From an uncultured bacterium (lineage in GTDB: Bacteria > Acidobacteriota > HRBIN11 > JAKEFK01), in NCBI GenBank assembly GCA_963777505.1, contig CAVZQN010000008.1, positions 224,001 to 288,000 of the forward strand: 64,000 bases of DNA, given 5' to 3'. This document shows positions 10,005-22,839 of this stretch, one piece after another. Numbering within the stretch: position 1 is the first letter of the stretch; the number at the start of each line of letters is the position of its first letter. The translations under genes and the position numbers were made by a program. The notes below the pieces were generated by a model. The model worked only from the letters and a program-made list of their open reading frames with translations, had not been told where the DNA came from and did not search any database.

Positions 10005-11960
10005 TTAAGTGCCCTGATGATATTGTATGAACTTTTCACGCAATTGTTCAAAAGCATCCTTAAGGTCATCGATTTTGTGTATGACCGGCATTTGCGGCAA
10101 ATTCCGCAAAAAAACCTCGCCGTAATTCTTTGTAACTAATCGTTTATCCAAAACAGCAAGAAATCCGTAATCGACACTCGTGCGAATCAATCTGCCTATC
10201 CCCTGCTTTAACATCATTACGGCCGCAGGAAGTTGATATTCTGAGAATGGATTTTTTGATCTCTTCTTTAGATACTGGATTTTTGCTTCAATCAAAGGAT
10301 CGCTCGGCACGGCAAAAGGGAGCTTATCGATAATTACAGAAACCAATGCATCGCCTTGAACATCAATTCCTTGCCAGAAACTCAATGTTGCAAGCAGCAC
10401 AGATCCTTTGTTACGCATGAAACTTTTTAACAAAGCCTGTTTAGAACGGCTTCCTTGTACAAGCAGCGGATAATCCAGTTTTCTTAACTCTTTTTCATAG
10501 ATACGCATGTTTCCATAACTGGTACACAGCACAAAAGCACCACCCTCTGTGATCTGAACCAGTTCAGAAATTTCTTCCGCGGCTTCTTCAGCAAAGTTAG
10601 GATGAGTGGGATCGGAAATGTGTTTTGGGACATACATACAAGCTTGAGCAGCATAATCAAAATTGTATGGAAAGCAATGCTCCAGAGGTGCTTCGAGGCC
10701 AAGTTCTTCTTTGACCGGTTCGCAATTTTGATCAACAAAGAGAGTTGCAGAAGTGAGAATCGCCGAATGAAGTTTTGGCCATAAATTTTCGGCGAGTAAG
10801 CCTGAAACATCCAATGGCGATGCTTGTAGCGTCCATTGCCGTACGTCGTTTCTTTCTGCCCAGTAGACATATGCATCGTCATCGCCCTGCAGCAAGAAAG
10901 CGAGTGACGACTGGGATGCCGCAAGGCGGCGATAAATCTGAGGCATGTCTTCCGTTTTTTCGACATGCCGTGATAACTCCTCGAGTAAGCTGATGTAAAT
11001 CCGGTCGATTGCAATTTGATGATCGGCTACTATTTTTGTAATACTGTGCTTGTCGTAGCGCACCTTCTGCGGAAGAGGAGTAAACTTCGCAAACAATGAG
11101 TTGACGCTTTCACCAAGCTTTCTGGCGCGTTCCTGAACAGGGCCCGTTTCTATTTTTTCCCGGAGCCTGAGGATCTTCAGCTCCTTACTTAAATCTTCAT
11201 AGAGCTCTGCAAAATTACGTTCGGAAAAAATGATCGATAGATTATGCGTAGCAACATCGGCCAATTGATGTGCTTCATCAAAGACGACAATGTCGTACGG
11301 TGGAAAAATGGATGTGCTATTCAAGATTTGCAGTGATAGATCGGCGAAAAACAGATGATGATTTACTACAATGATCCGCGCTTCTTCAGCGCGCTGTTTT
11401 AAACGAAAGATAAAACAAGGATTAAAAAAGCGGCACTTTGCACCAATACAGGCATCAGAAGAAATCGTCAATTGTTTCCAAACAGAGGCATTCTCCGGAA
11501 TTCCGGATTCTGCAAGATCACCGGACTCAGTTTCAGAAGCCCATTGCTGTATCTGTTGAAAATGCTCAACACTTTCTTCATCGGGCAATAACGGTTCATT
11601 TTGCACACGCTCTTGCTTTAAAAGGCAAAGATAATTCATCCGGCCTTTCATCAAAACGTAATCAAACTCCATCCCAAGTTTTTCGTGAAGTAAAGGAATG
11701 TCTTTAAAAACGAGTTGTTCCTGCAACGCCTTTGTACCCGTGGAAATCAGGACGCGGCGTCCGGCTTGAAGCGCCGGAATCAAATAAGCAAGCGTCTTCC
11801 CTGTACCCGTTTGTGCTTCTAGCAAAGCGATGCGCTTTGTAGAGAGCGCTTCCTGAACGGCTTGAGCATATTGGATTTGGGAAGGACGATATTCAAAGTA
11901 AGGAAGGATTTTTGAAAGAGGGCCCTTCTCACCAAATATATTTTCCAGATCCAAAATCAT
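10005..11960 (-). CDS. DinG/YoaA-family ATP-dependent DNA helicase
   Basis: EAQTGTGKT, KGRMNYLC, Fe-S cysteines, FDEAH, QGIGRLIR. Confidence 0.92.
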   Translation of the reverse strand: MILDLENIFGEKGPLSKILPYFEYRPSQIQYAQAVQEALSTKRIALLEAQTGTGKTLAYLIPALQAGRRVLISTGTKALQEQLVFKDIPLLHEKLGMEFDYVLMKGRMNYLCLLKQERVQNEPLLPDEESVEHFQQIQQWASETESGDLAESGIPENASVWKQLTISSDACIGAKCRFFNPCFIFRLKQRAEEARIIVVNHHLFFADLSLQILNSTSIFPPYDIVVFDEAHQLADVATHNLSIIFSERNFAELYEDLSKELKILRLREKIETGPVQERARKLGESVNSLFAKFTPLPQKVRYDKHSITKIVADHQIAIDRIYISLLEELSRHVEKTEDMPQIYRRLAASQSSLAFLLQGDDDAYVYWAERNDVRQWTLQASPLDVSGLLAENLWPKLHSAILTSATLFVDQNCEPVKEELGLEAPLEHCFPYNFDYAAQACMYVPKHISDPTHPNFAEEAAEEISELVQITEGGAFVLCTSYGNMRIYEKELRKLDYPLLVQGSRSKQALLKSFMRNKGSVLLATLSFWQGIDVQGDALVSVIIDKLPFAVPSDPLIEAKIQYLKKRSKNPFSEYQLPAAVMMLKQGIGRLIRTSVDYGFLAVLDKRLVTKNYGEVFLRNLPQMPVIHKIDDLKDAFEQLREKFIQYHQGT

Positions 11961-11987
11961 TTAAGACAACCGCAGAATTTCAAAATG

Positions 11988-12037
11988 GTAGGGGCCGATC
12001 TTGTGCCGGCCCGGGCTGCCACAAGGGCAGCCCCTAC
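11988..12037. repeat. Inverted pair of GTAG-type REP palindromes
   Basis: GTAGGGGCCGATCTTGTGCCGGCCC followed directly by GGGCTGCCACAAGGGCAGCCCCTAC; overlaps the glyA stop codon. Confidence 0.75.
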
Positions 12038-13281
12038 TTAAGACGCGATGCATATAGCGGAAAATCGGAACAAAGTTTGTGAACCTGATTTCTGATCTCA
12101 GTTTTTCGCGATTCGTTATCCTTATTTTTTAAAGCATCCGCAATCAACCTGCCAATCGTTTGCATCTGTTCACTTCCCATTCCTCGAGTTGTAATCGCAG
12201 GAGTTCCAATACGGATCCCGCTGGAAACCATTGGACTCTTCGTATCGAACGGGATTGTATTTTTGTTTACTGTAATATCGACTTCACCTAAAATTTTTTC
12301 GGCTTCTTTGCCGGTTAAATCCACAACTGTCAGATCGAGAAGAAACATATGATTGTCAGTTCCGCCTGTAACGATTCGCAACCCTTCTTCCGTTAATGAC
12401 GCTGCCAACTTTGATGCATTTTTAACGATGTTTTGCTGATATGTCTTGAAAGCAGGCTGCAATGCTTCTTGAAATGCGACAGCTTTTGCTGCAATCACAT
12501 GGACAAGTGGTCCGCCTTGATTGCCAGGAAATAAGAGCTTATCAATATTTTTTGCATAACTCTCTTTGGACATGATCATTCCACCGCGCGGACCACGCAA
12601 AGTTTTATGTGTCGTAGTTGTAACGACCTCAGCATGAGGTACCGGAGAAGGATGAAGATTGGCCGCCACCAACCCAGCAACATGAGCAATATCAGCGAAA
12701 AGCACCGCTCCAACTTCTTGTGCAATCTTACTGAACCTTTCAAAATCAATTGTTCGTGAATAAGCGCTTGCACCTGTCATAATGACTTTTGGATGATGTT
12801 CGCGCGCTACACGTTCGACTTGATCAAAATCGATCCGCTCGGTTTCTCGATCGACTCCGTAGCTAACAACCTTGAACATGAGTCCCGAAAAATTCAATGG
12901 ATGTCCGTGCGATAAATGTCCGCCCTGACTTAATTCCATTCCCATCAACGTATCGCCAGGTTTCATCACGCTCATATATGCCGCGATGTTTGCTTGTGTT
13001 CCTGAATGCGGTTGAACATTCGCATGATCGGCTCCAAAAATTTGCTTCGCCCGATCGATGGCTAATTGTTCGACAACATCAACAACCTGGCAGCCTCCAT
13101 AGTAACGGCGGCCCGGATAACCTTCAGCATATTTATTTGTAAAAACGGAGCCAAGCGCTTCAAGCACAGCCTCACTGACAAAGTTTTCGGATGCAATTAA
13201 CTCAAGTCCGCCAGCCTGTCTTTGAGTTTCATTTCGAATCGCTTCGGCAATTTGGGGATCAACTTTTGATAGAAATTCCAT
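12034..13281 (-). CDS. glyA: Serine hydroxymethyltransferase
   Basis: [16 protein letters not shown] and [17 protein letters not shown] motif. Confidence 0.98.
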   Translation of the reverse strand: MEFLSKVDPQIAEAIRNETQRQAGGLELIASENFVSEAVLEALGSVFTNKYAEGYPGRRYYGGCQVVDVVEQLAIDRAKQIFGADHANVQPHSGTQANIAAYMSVMKPGDTLMGMELSQGGHLSHGHPLNFSGLMFKVVSYGVDRETERIDFDQVERVAREHHPKVIMTGASAYSRTIDFERFSKIAQEVGAVLFADIAHVAGLVAANLHPSPVPHAEVVTTTTHKTLRGPRGGMIMSKESYAKNIDKLLFPGNQGGPLVHVIAAKAVAFQEALQPAFKTYQQNIVKNASKLAASLTEEGLRIVTGGTDNHMFLLDLTVVDLTGKEAEKILGEVDITVNKNTIPFDTKSPMVSSGIRIGTPAITTRGMGSEQMQTIGRLIADALKNKDNESRKTEIRNQVHKLCSDFPLYASRLK

Positions 13282-13321
13282 ATTCGTATCCTTTTTTATT
13301 CAACCGCAGAGACGTAAAGTG

Positions 13322-13759
13322 TTAAGGAGTTTCAAATGTACTGATTTTATCGATCCGCCGTTTGTGACGGCCACCCTGAAATTCGGTCTGAAGCCAGGTT
13401 TTTACAATTCTTTCTACTTCATCAGAGTCTTCTAAAATCCGGCCACCCATGACCAATATATTTGAATCGTTATGTTCCCGGCTCATTTGTGCCGTATAGA
13501 TATCATTGCAAATTGCAGCCCGAATTCCTTTAAATTTGTTTGCCGCTATCGACATACCGATCCCTGTTCCGCAACACAGTATTCCGAGAGACCCATTTTG
13601 CACAGCTTCTGCAACTTTACGCGCAAAATCTGGATAATCGACAGAATCTGTATCTTCAGGCCCAAGATCATCATATATAACTTGCAAAGAATCGAGAGCC
13701 TTCTTAATTTGATTTTTCAAATGAAAACCGGCATGATCGCTCGCGATAGCGATTTTCAT
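13322..13759 (-). CDS. rpiB: Ribose-5-phosphate isomerase B
   Basis: ASDHAG, CGTGIG, SREHND, GGRH. Confidence 0.95.
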   Translation of the reverse strand: MKIAIASDHAGFHLKNQIKKALDSLQVIYDDLGPEDTDSVDYPDFARKVAEAVQNGSLGILCCGTGIGMSIAANKFKGIRAAICNDIYTAQMSREHNDSNILVMGGRILEDSDEVERIVKTWLQTEFQGGRHKRRIDKISTFETP

Positions 13760-13860
13760 CAGTCAGCTTTACCCATCACTTCCCTGTGATATCTTAAAAC
13801 ATCTTACAATAAGAGTTAACTCAACCGCAAAGACTCAAAAGGTTAACTACTGGAGTTGTT

Positions 13861-14298
13861 ATGATTGAAAAATTTCAAGAACAGCTAAAAGTATCAATGA
13901 AACAGCGCGATGAGCTGAAAACAAGCGTTTTACGGATGCTGATTTCCGAATTCAAATATGCTCAAATCGAGAAAAAAGGAACGCTCGATGAGGCAGAATC
14001 AATCCAGGTCATTCAAAAAGCAATAAAAAAACGGAAGGAAGCTGCGGAGCTTTATGAAAAAGGAGGCCGGGCAGAACTTGCTGCAAAAGAAAACGCAGAA
14101 GCAAAAATTTTGGAGACTTTTGCACCAGCTCAGATGGATGAAACTGCCGCCAGACAGAAAGTGACGGAAGTTATTCAGGAACTCGGAGCAAAGGATAAAA
14201 AAGATCTGGGCCGGGTCATGAAAGAAGTTCTGAACAGATATCGGGGTCAATTGGACGGAAAATTAGCACAAAAGTTGGTGAATGAATTGCTTCCGTAA
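13861..14298 (+). CDS. GatB/YqeY domain protein
   Basis: MKQRDELKTSVLR, YEKGGRAELA, DLGRVMK, DGK motifs. Confidence 0.9.
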   Translation: MIEKFQEQLKVSMKQRDELKTSVLRMLISEFKYAQIEKKGTLDEAESIQVIQKAIKKRKEAAELYEKGGRAELAAKENAEAKILETFAPAQMDETAARQKVTEVIQELGAKDKKDLGRVMKEVLNRYRGQLDGKLAQKLVNELLP

Positions 14299-14349
14299 AG
14301 ACACGATGAGCGATCAGACGGGGTGGTAAAGATAAGAGAGGTGAAGTGA

Positions 14350-14808
14350 CTACGTTTCGAGCCCTATCACCTGCAGCCGAATTTCACGTTCGCGAGGACC
14401 ATCCAATTCAGCAAAAATGATACTTTGCCACTCCCCTAACGCTGGCTCGCCATCCTGAACCATTACAGTTGAGGAATGACCCAGCAAAATGGCACGAAGA
14501 TGGGATCCTGCATTATGGCGTTCACAATCCGAATGTTCCGGCGAATTGTGTTTCCACGCCTTATCCTCACGGACCCAATCATTCAGTATCGTCTTAATAT
14601 CGTCGAGCAACGCGGACTGAACTTCGTTTACGAAGAGAGCCGTTGTCGTATGTAAGGAGGAAATCATCAGGATTCCGTCTTTAATCTTGCTAGCTTTTAC
14701 GAAATCCTTCACCTTCTGAGTAATGTTGTAAAGCTCGACTTTCTTGTCGGTCAACAGTTTTAAAGTCTGCCTCTGAATTGCCAATCCTGCTTTCGTGGTC
14801 GTTATCAT
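14350..14808 (-). CDS. yjbQ: YjbQ/UPF0047 family protein
   Basis: HTTTALFVNE, NAGSHL, LGEWQSIIFAELDGPR. Confidence 0.9.
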   Translation of the reverse strand: MITTTKAGLAIQRQTLKLLTDKKVELYNITQKVKDFVKASKIKDGILMISSLHTTTALFVNEVQSALLDDIKTILNDWVREDKAWKHNSPEHSDCERHNAGSHLRAILLGHSSTVMVQDGEPALGEWQSIIFAELDGPREREIRLQVIGLET

Positions 14809-14826
14809 GTTGTTTTTTACCTTAAT

Positions 14827-14861
14827 AAAAAAAGCCCCTCGAGAAACTACCCCGAAAGGTC
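14827..14861 (-). terminator. Terminator-like hairpin in the yjbQ leader
   Basis: Minus strand CCTTTCGGGG-loop-TCTCGAGGGG-C-T7. Confidence 0.55.
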
Positions 14862-14869
14862 AAACAGCA

Positions 14870-14898
14870 ATTTTAGTCGGAAGGATAGGGTGAGTCAA
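14870..14898 (-). promoter_or_regulatory. Sigma-70-type promoter upstream of yjbQ
   Basis: Minus strand TTGACT-N17-TAAAAT. Confidence 0.65.
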
Positions 14899-14922
14899 TC
14901 ATCTGCTCCCTATCTTCGGCAA

Positions 14923-15912
14923 TTACGTTAATTTATATCTATTAAATGCAGACTGCAGGATTTTTGCGATCAGTTCCTCATAATGAACTCCATTATGACG
15001 AGCAATGATCGATAAATCACTGTGTTGTGGGTTCAACCCTGCAAGTGGATTAATCTCAAGAAAATACGGATTCCCTTCTGCATCACACCGGATATCAACC
15101 CTGCCAAAATCTTTGCAATCTAATACACGATAGGAATGAAGCGCGATGTCTTCTATTTGCTGCAATCTATCAGAATCCATTTTAGGTGGACATATATAAT
15201 GAACCAGCGATTCATAGTCCTCTTTCACATGGTACGAATAAAAATCCTCTGATTTTCCTGTGTCAAAAACAATTTGCATCGTACCAATTACTTTTGGAGG
15301 AGTCCCTACAATCCCGACGGTAAATTCTTCGCCCTCTAAATATTCCTCGATCAAAACCGGCTCTTTATACGTTTTGATTAAATATTTAACTTTTGATTTG
15401 AGCTTGGGATAATTATTAATCCTTGAATTTGCGTCAATTCCTTTTCCTGTACCTTCGTGAACGGGCTTCGCGAATAATGGAAAACGCAAAGGAATTCCAG
15501 AACCATTTAGATCTTCCGGCTTCACAACTTTTAAAAATGGGGCTGTCGGAATCCGCTCGGCTTTCATGATCTGTTTTGTCATTACTTTATCGAGCGCTAC
15601 GCCTAGAGTTACCGGATCCGAACCGACATATGGAATTTGTAATAATTCAAGAAGTGCAGGGATTTGTGCTTCACGAGCTCGCCCTGAATAACCTTCAGCA
15701 ATATTAAAAATCAGATCGGCCTTGTTGTTGGATAGCCATGAAAGCAGCTTTTTGCCATCACCAATTAAGATTGGATCGTGACCATAGGCCGAGATCGCAT
15801 TTTGAAGCCCAACGATTGTAGCTTCGGTATCAAATTCTGCAGCGGCATCGGCAGGATCATCCTCGAGATATTCGTAATCCGTACCGAGGTTATATGTGAG
15901 CCCAATTTTCAT
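14923..15912 (-). CDS. D-Ala-D-Ala-ligase-like ATP-grasp enzyme
   Basis: FNIAEG, PYVGS, KPVHEGTGKGI, GRVDIR, LEINPLAG; lacks the canonical Ddl GGxSxEH N-terminal motif. Confidence 0.85.
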   Translation of the reverse strand: MKIGLTYNLGTDYEYLEDDPADAAAEFDTEATIVGLQNAISAYGHDPILIGDGKKLLSWLSNNKADLIFNIAEGYSGRAREAQIPALLELLQIPYVGSDPVTLGVALDKVMTKQIMKAERIPTAPFLKVVKPEDLNGSGIPLRFPLFAKPVHEGTGKGIDANSRINNYPKLKSKVKYLIKTYKEPVLIEEYLEGEEFTVGIVGTPPKVIGTMQIVFDTGKSEDFYSYHVKEDYESLVHYICPPKMDSDRLQQIEDIALHSYRVLDCKDFGRVDIRCDAEGNPYFLEINPLAGLNPQHSDLSIIARHNGVHYEELIAKILQSAFNRYKLT

Positions 15913-15917
15913 TCGAT

Positions 15918-16949
15918 TTAGGGGACCACGCGTTCTTCGCGGTTGGCTAGCCTCTCCTCGGCGAAAGAAATTAGTAATGCAACCAGATCAGCATAGGTAC
16001 GCCCATTGAGTGAAAATGCTTTGAAGAATCCTGCATTTGGAGAAACATCTGGATTGCAATTGACTTCCAAAATATATGGCACACCTTTTTGATCGACTCT
16101 CATATCAACCCGCGCATAATCTCTACATTGAAAAAGTTCATACGCACGGATTGCAGCAGTGGTGATGTTTTGTCTGAGCTTTGCAGGAAGCTCAGGAAAA
16201 TACCGCTTCGTTCCGCGATCAAAGACTGAACCATAGTGCCATTTAGCTTCATAAGAACAGATTTTCGCGTGACCTTCAGGAAGTCCTTCGAAATCTATTT
16301 CTGCAATTGGTAAAACTTCAGGTGGATTTCCGATTAACCCAACATTGAACTCGCGGCCATCAATGAATTGTTCAACAATCGAAGGCTGTTTTAATACTTC
16401 ACGGATGTATTCAATCTTCTGATTCAACTTTTCCAGATCATGCACAACAGAATCGTAATGAATTCCAATGCTGGCATCTTCATGTTGCGGTTTTACAATC
16501 AATGGAAAATCAACATTGGTTTTTTCCATGACTTGATCCGTAACAAAGAAGGAAGGCGTTTTCAGACCTGCACCTTTCAGCAAATGTTTTGAGCGGTCTT
16601 TATAGCAGGTTAAACCGAGCGCAAGTGGCCCTGAGCCTGTGTATTCAACTCCAATGAGCTCAAGCAGCGCAGGGATATTGGGTTCCTTTAAATTGTTCCC
16701 GCTAATGTCTTCACATAGATTAATTGCGATTTGATACTTTTCTTGAATCAACGACATGATCATGTCGCATGCATTTTCTTTATCTACGCGCAAAATTTTG
16801 TACGGACGTTTTAATTCGCGTAAAGAACAAATAAAAGCATCTAAACTATCTTGAACCTGGGATTCTGTTCTATCTACTGGTGTGCCTTCTAAAAGATATG
16901 GATCATTGTAAACGATCGCGATTGGCGGGGAATGTCGATTGCTTCTCAT
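15918..16949 (-). CDS. D-Ala-D-Ala-ligase-like ATP-grasp enzyme
   Basis: INLCE, YTGSG, KPQHEDASIGI, YEAKW, ARVDMR, LEVNCNPD. Confidence 0.85.
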   Translation of the reverse strand: MRSNRHSPPIAIVYNDPYLLEGTPVDRTESQVQDSLDAFICSLRELKRPYKILRVDKENACDMIMSLIQEKYQIAINLCEDISGNNLKEPNIPALLELIGVEYTGSGPLALGLTCYKDRSKHLLKGAGLKTPSFFVTDQVMEKTNVDFPLIVKPQHEDASIGIHYDSVVHDLEKLNQKIEYIREVLKQPSIVEQFIDGREFNVGLIGNPPEVLPIAEIDFEGLPEGHAKICSYEAKWHYGSVFDRGTKRYFPELPAKLRQNITTAAIRAYELFQCRDYARVDMRVDQKGVPYILEVNCNPDVSPNAGFFKAFSLNGRTYADLVALLISFAEERLANREERVVP

Positions 16950-17400
16950 ATTTTTATCAGTTCGGTTCCGGAGGGATTTTTATTGGGATGAAATATCCGG
17001 AGGCAAGCGGAGCGTGTACAACACGTCCGTTACAATTGATGTTTATACTGTCATTCAGAAAGTAAATTTCTCCGGCTTCCTCACGAGTTCGCATTTTTTG
17101 CAGCGTGAGCAATCAACTCGCCGCAATTATAACAGAAAAAAAACAAAGAAAAACAAATCGATGGAAATTTTCTTTAACCATAATTGAAAAAAATCAAAGC
17201 AGTTACGTCTTGAGATTTCAAATTTAATTCTATAATTCTAATAGAATAGTAATACTTCCGAAAACTGGTTTGCACAACCGTGCTGCAGTGATTTTTGCCG
17301 AAATCGGTGCCTGAGATGCCAATTCTACCCAACTACTTTCAACCTCCTCAGGTACTCTCAAAATCTTAGTATATCGCCATCATATTTTCTTATAACGTCC

Positions 17401-17429
17401 TTGACAACGCTTGCGTACCGTTTTATATT
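17401..17429 (+). promoter_or_regulatory. Sigma-70-type promoter of clpB
   Basis: TTGACA-N17-TATATT. Confidence 0.7.
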
Positions 17430-17465
17430 TATTTTTATAATATCGTCGACAGAGGTGTTCTTTAT

Positions 17466-20048
17466 ATGAGAATGGATCGCTTTACAATTAAGGCTCAAGA
17501 AGCTTTACAAGAGGCTCAAAGCCGCGCCGAGCAGGCCGGAAACCAGGAAATGGAGCCTGAGCATCTTCTTTTGACACTTGTTGAACAAAAAGATGGAATC
17601 ATCCCTCCATTAATTAAGAAACTTGGAGCAAATCTGTCACTTCTTGAATCCCGTCTTCAAGACCGGATCCAAACTTTCCCCAAAGTTTCTGGTGCTGGAG
17701 CCGGAAGCTATATTTCGCCAAAACTAAAAACGATTTTGGATGGGGCGGAAAAGGAAGCTGAAAAACTTAAAGATGAATTTGTGAGTGCCGAACATTTCTT
17801 GCTTTCAATGGTGTCAGCACAAAGCATGGAAGTGGGAAAAATTCTGAAGACGCTTGGAGTTCAGCGCGATGCAATCTTGAAAGCTCTTCAAGATTTAAGA
17901 GGCAACCAGAAAGTAACCGATCAAAATCCTGAAGACAAATACCAGGTACTCGATAAATATTGTAAGGATCTTACTTCCCTTGCACGTCAGGGAAAGCTGG
18001 ATCCAGTTATCGGACGCGATGAAGAAATCAGACGGGTAATGCAAGTCCTCAGCCGCCGAACAAAAAATAACCCTGTGTTAATAGGCGAACCTGGCGTAGG
18101 AAAAACTGCAATTGTCGAAGGACTCGCCCAGCGTATTGTCAATCGTGATGTGCCTGAAAGTTTAAAAGACAGACGTGTGCTCGCTCTTGATATGGGAGCA
18201 TTGATTGCAGGAACGAAATATCGTGGCGAGTTTGAAGACCGATTAAAGGCGCTCTTAAAAGCAGTCACAGAAAGCAGCGGACAAATTATCCTTTTTATAG
18301 ATGAGATGCATACGCTCGTGGGCGCTGGAGCAGCCGAAGGTGCAATCGATGCTTCAAATATGTTGAAACCTGCGCTGGCGCGAGGTGAGCTTCGATGCAT
18401 TGGAGCAACAACCCTGAATGAATACCAAAAATATATTGAAAAAGATGCAGCTCTCGAACGCCGATTTCAGCAGGTCTATGTAAAACAACCAACAGTAGAA
18501 GATACGATCTCCATTTTGCGTGGACTAAAAGAACGATATGAAGTTCATCATGGAGTAAAAATTAAAGATACCGCAATCATCGCAGCGGCAACCCTTTCAC
18601 ATCGGTATATCTCCGACCGTTTCCTTCCTGATAAGGCAATCGATCTTATGGACGAAGCCGCGTCCCAACTTCGCATGGAGATTGACAGTCTTCCGCGTGA
18701 AATTGATGAAGTTGAACGGCGCATGATGCAGTTGCAGATCGAACGTCAGGCACTTTTAAAAGAAGAAGATCGAGCCGCACATCAAAGGTTAGAAAAGATC
18801 AGCCAGGAGCTTGCGCAGCTTCAAGAACAAAGCAGCATTATGAAGGCTCACTGGCAGCAAGAAAAAGATTTAATCGGCAAGATCCGTCAATTTAAGGCAG
18901 AGATTGAGCAAAGCAAAATTGAGGAAGCAGCAGCAGAACGCATAGGAGATCTTAATCGTGTCGCGGAATTACGTTACGGTGTTCAAGTTCAATTGAAGAA
19001 TGATCTTGAAAAAGCAAACAAGGAATTAGAGGACTTACAAAAAAGTCAAAAGATGTTGAAAGAAGAAGTCGATGAAGAGGATATCGCTCAGATCGTTTCG
19101 CACTGGACAGGAATTCCAGTCACTCGAATGATGGAAAGCGAAATGCAAAAGCTGATTCATCTGGAGGAAATGCTTCGTAAGCGTGTCATTTCCCAGGATG
19201 AAGCTCTGGAAAAAGTCAGCAACGCTGTACGACGTTCTCGCGCAGGATTGCAAGATGTGAATCGTCCAATTGGTTCATTCATATTCCTTGGACCTACAGG
19301 AGTTGGTAAAACTGAACTGGCTCGGGCCCTTGCAGCAGCGCTTTTTGATGATGAAAAAGCCATGATTCGCATCGATATGTCGGAATACATGGAAAAGCAT
19401 GCAGTTTCGCGGATGATCGGCGCACCACCCGGCTACATTGGCTACGATGAAGGTGGCTTTTTAACTGAAGCAGTCCGCAGAAGACCTTATTCAGTAATTC
19501 TTTTTGATGAAATCGAAAAAGCCCATCAGGATGTTTTTAATATTTTGTTGCAGGTGCTTGATGATGGCCGTTTAACAGATGGAAAAGGACGTACGGTCGA
19601 TTTCAAAAATACAATCATCATTATGACTTCCAATATTGGCAGCCACGTAATCGCTGAAATTCAAAACGAAGAGCGGATGCGTGAAGAAGTTATGGATATA
19701 GTAAGAAAACATTTCCGTCCGGAATTTTTGAACCGCGTCGATGACATTGTTATCTTCCATCCATTAACCGAAAAGGATATCGCAAAGATTGTCGATATTC
19801 AGCTTGGAGTTTTACAAAAACTTTTGGATCAAAAACATTTGAAGCTGAATGTATCCGAAGCTGCGCGTGATTTCCTCGGGCGCGCCGGTTACGATCCTGT
19901 TTATGGAGCACGGCCACTAAAACGAGCCATTCAGCAGTATCTACAAAACTCACTGGCGATGGAACTGCTCGAAGGCAAAATCCATGAAGGACAAACGGTA
20001 AACGTTGACTACGATCCAAAAGCTGAAAAGCTTGTTTTCAATACATAA
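17466..20048 (+). CDS. clpB: ATP-dependent disaggregase ClpB
   Basis: Two AAA+ modules, long coiled-coil middle domain, GTKYRGEFE and GAPPGYIG pore loops; 860 aa. Confidence 0.97.
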   Translation: MRMDRFTIKAQEALQEAQSRAEQAGNQEMEPEHLLLTLVEQKDGIIPPLIKKLGANLSLLESRLQDRIQTFPKVSGAGAGSYISPKLKTILDGAEKEAEKLKDEFVSAEHFLLSMVSAQSMEVGKILKTLGVQRDAILKALQDLRGNQKVTDQNPEDKYQVLDKYCKDLTSLARQGKLDPVIGRDEEIRRVMQVLSRRTKNNPVLIGEPGVGKTAIVEGLAQRIVNRDVPESLKDRRVLALDMGALIAGTKYRGEFEDRLKALLKAVTESSGQIILFIDEMHTLVGAGAAEGAIDASNMLKPALARGELRCIGATTLNEYQKYIEKDAALERRFQQVYVKQPTVEDTISILRGLKERYEVHHGVKIKDTAIIAAATLSHRYISDRFLPDKAIDLMDEAASQLRMEIDSLPREIDEVERRMMQLQIERQALLKEEDRAAHQRLEKISQELAQLQEQSSIMKAHWQQEKDLIGKIRQFKAEIEQSKIEEAAAERIGDLNRVAELRYGVQVQLKNDLEKANKELEDLQKSQKMLKEEVDEEDIAQIVSHWTGIPVTRMMESEMQKLIHLEEMLRKRVISQDEALEKVSNAVRRSRAGLQDVNRPIGSFIFLGPTGVGKTELARALAAALFDDEKAMIRIDMSEYMEKHAVSRMIGAPPGYIGYDEGGFLTEAVRRRPYSVILFDEIEKAHQDVFNILLQVLDDGRLTDGKGRTVDFKNTIIIMTSNIGSHVIAEIQNEERMREEVMDIVRKHFRPEFLNRVDDIVIFHPLTEKDIAKIVDIQLGVLQKLLDQKHLKLNVSEAARDFLGRAGYDPVYGARPLKRAIQQYLQNSLAMELLEGKIHEGQTVNVDYDPKAEKLVFNT

Positions 20049-20081
20049 ACTTAATAGTGTGAATTTTTCTGCAATGACGGA

Positions 20082-20930
20082 GTGAAAAGAATGTCAGGAT
20101 TAAAAACTGCACTTTTATTTGGATTAATGACCGCGCTTATTTTAGGCATCGGTCAATTGATTGGCGGCCAGCAGGGAATGGTTATCGCATTTGTCGTTGC
20201 GGCTGTAATGAACTTCGTTTCATACTGGTTTTCGGACAAGATTGTGCTTGCAATGTATCGCGCAAAACCGGTGGATGAATCGCAAGCGCCTGAACTCTAT
20301 CGAATGGTTCGGGATCTTGCTCAACGCGAAAACATTCCGATGCCGAAGGTTTATATCATTCCAACAGACTCACCAAATGCGTTTGCAACAGGAAGAAATC
20401 CTCAAAATGCTGTCGTGGCTGCAACCGAAGGGATTCTGCAAATCTTAAATCGCGAAGAACTTCAGGCTGTGCTTGCCCATGAACTCGCGCATGTTAAGAA
20501 CCGCGACATATTAATATCTTCTGTCGCTGCGACTTTAGCAGGGGCAGTCATGATGATTGCTCGCATTGCACAATTCGGAATGTTTTTTGGCGGCGGGCAT
20601 CGTGATGATGATCGAGGCGGAAATCCGATTGGAATGCTCTTGATGGTAATTCTGGCTCCTATTGCTGCGATGTTAATTCAACTCGCTATCTCTCGTTCCC
20701 GCGAGTATGCAGCGGATGAAACCGGTGCACGCATGATTGGACATGGGGAGACGTTGGCAAGAGCCCTGGAGAAGCTTCATCAAGCTTCGAAAAGAATGCC
20801 TTTACCGGCAAATCCTGCAACAGCCCATTTGTTTATTATCAAACCATTTTCGGGAAGCGCTTTGATGGAGATTTTTAGTACTCACCCTCCACTTGAAAAG
20901 AGGATTGAACGGCTTCGAAAAATAGGCTAA
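20082..20930 (+). CDS. htpX: Zinc metalloprotease HtpX
   Basis: [26 protein letters not shown]. Confidence 0.95.
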   Translation: MKRMSGLKTALLFGLMTALILGIGQLIGGQQGMVIAFVVAAVMNFVSYWFSDKIVLAMYRAKPVDESQAPELYRMVRDLAQRENIPMPKVYIIPTDSPNAFATGRNPQNAVVAATEGILQILNREELQAVLAHELAHVKNRDILISSVAATLAGAVMMIARIAQFGMFFGGGHRDDDRGGNPIGMLLMVILAPIAAMLIQLAISRSREYAADETGARMIGHGETLARALEKLHQASKRMPLPANPATAHLFIIKPFSGSALMEIFSTHPPLEKRIERLRKIG

Positions 20931-20966
20931 GGGTTTTTTACCACATAGATACACAAAGACATCGAC

Positions 20967-20994
20967 TTGATTTTGAGGCAGCTTTTGTTATAGT
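20967..20994 (+). promoter_or_regulatory. Sigma-70-type promoter of groL
   Basis: TTGATT-N16-TATAGT with TG extension, just upstream of the CIRCE. Confidence 0.55.
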
Positions 20995-20996
20995 AA

Positions 20997-22754
<1,758 letters not shown>

Positions 22755-22756
22755 AT

Positions 22757-22817
22757 TAGTGCTGAGCAATGAGTAAAAAGTGCTGAGTGTGTAATTCAGC
22801 ACTCAAAACTCACAATC
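22757..22817. repeat. Degenerate inverted heptamer array (GTGCTGA / TCAGCAC)
   Basis: AGTGCTGAG twice, then TCAGCAC TCAAAAC TCACAA, downstream of groL. Confidence 0.5.
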
Positions 22818-22839
22818 AAGATTCGCCTTTATTTCGATG

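Noticed and set aside
7482-11960. radC + queE + DinG as a defence or 7-deazaguanine DNA-modification island
   Set aside because: radC is the full-length chromosomal type; no dpdA, queC/queD, cas or integrase genes are present; the context is housekeeping
13322-13759. rpiB as cargo of the BMC (sugar-phosphate-utilisation type)
   Set aside because: It is 6.5 kb away in the common rpiB-glyA arrangement, has no evident encapsulation extension, and no deoC is nearby
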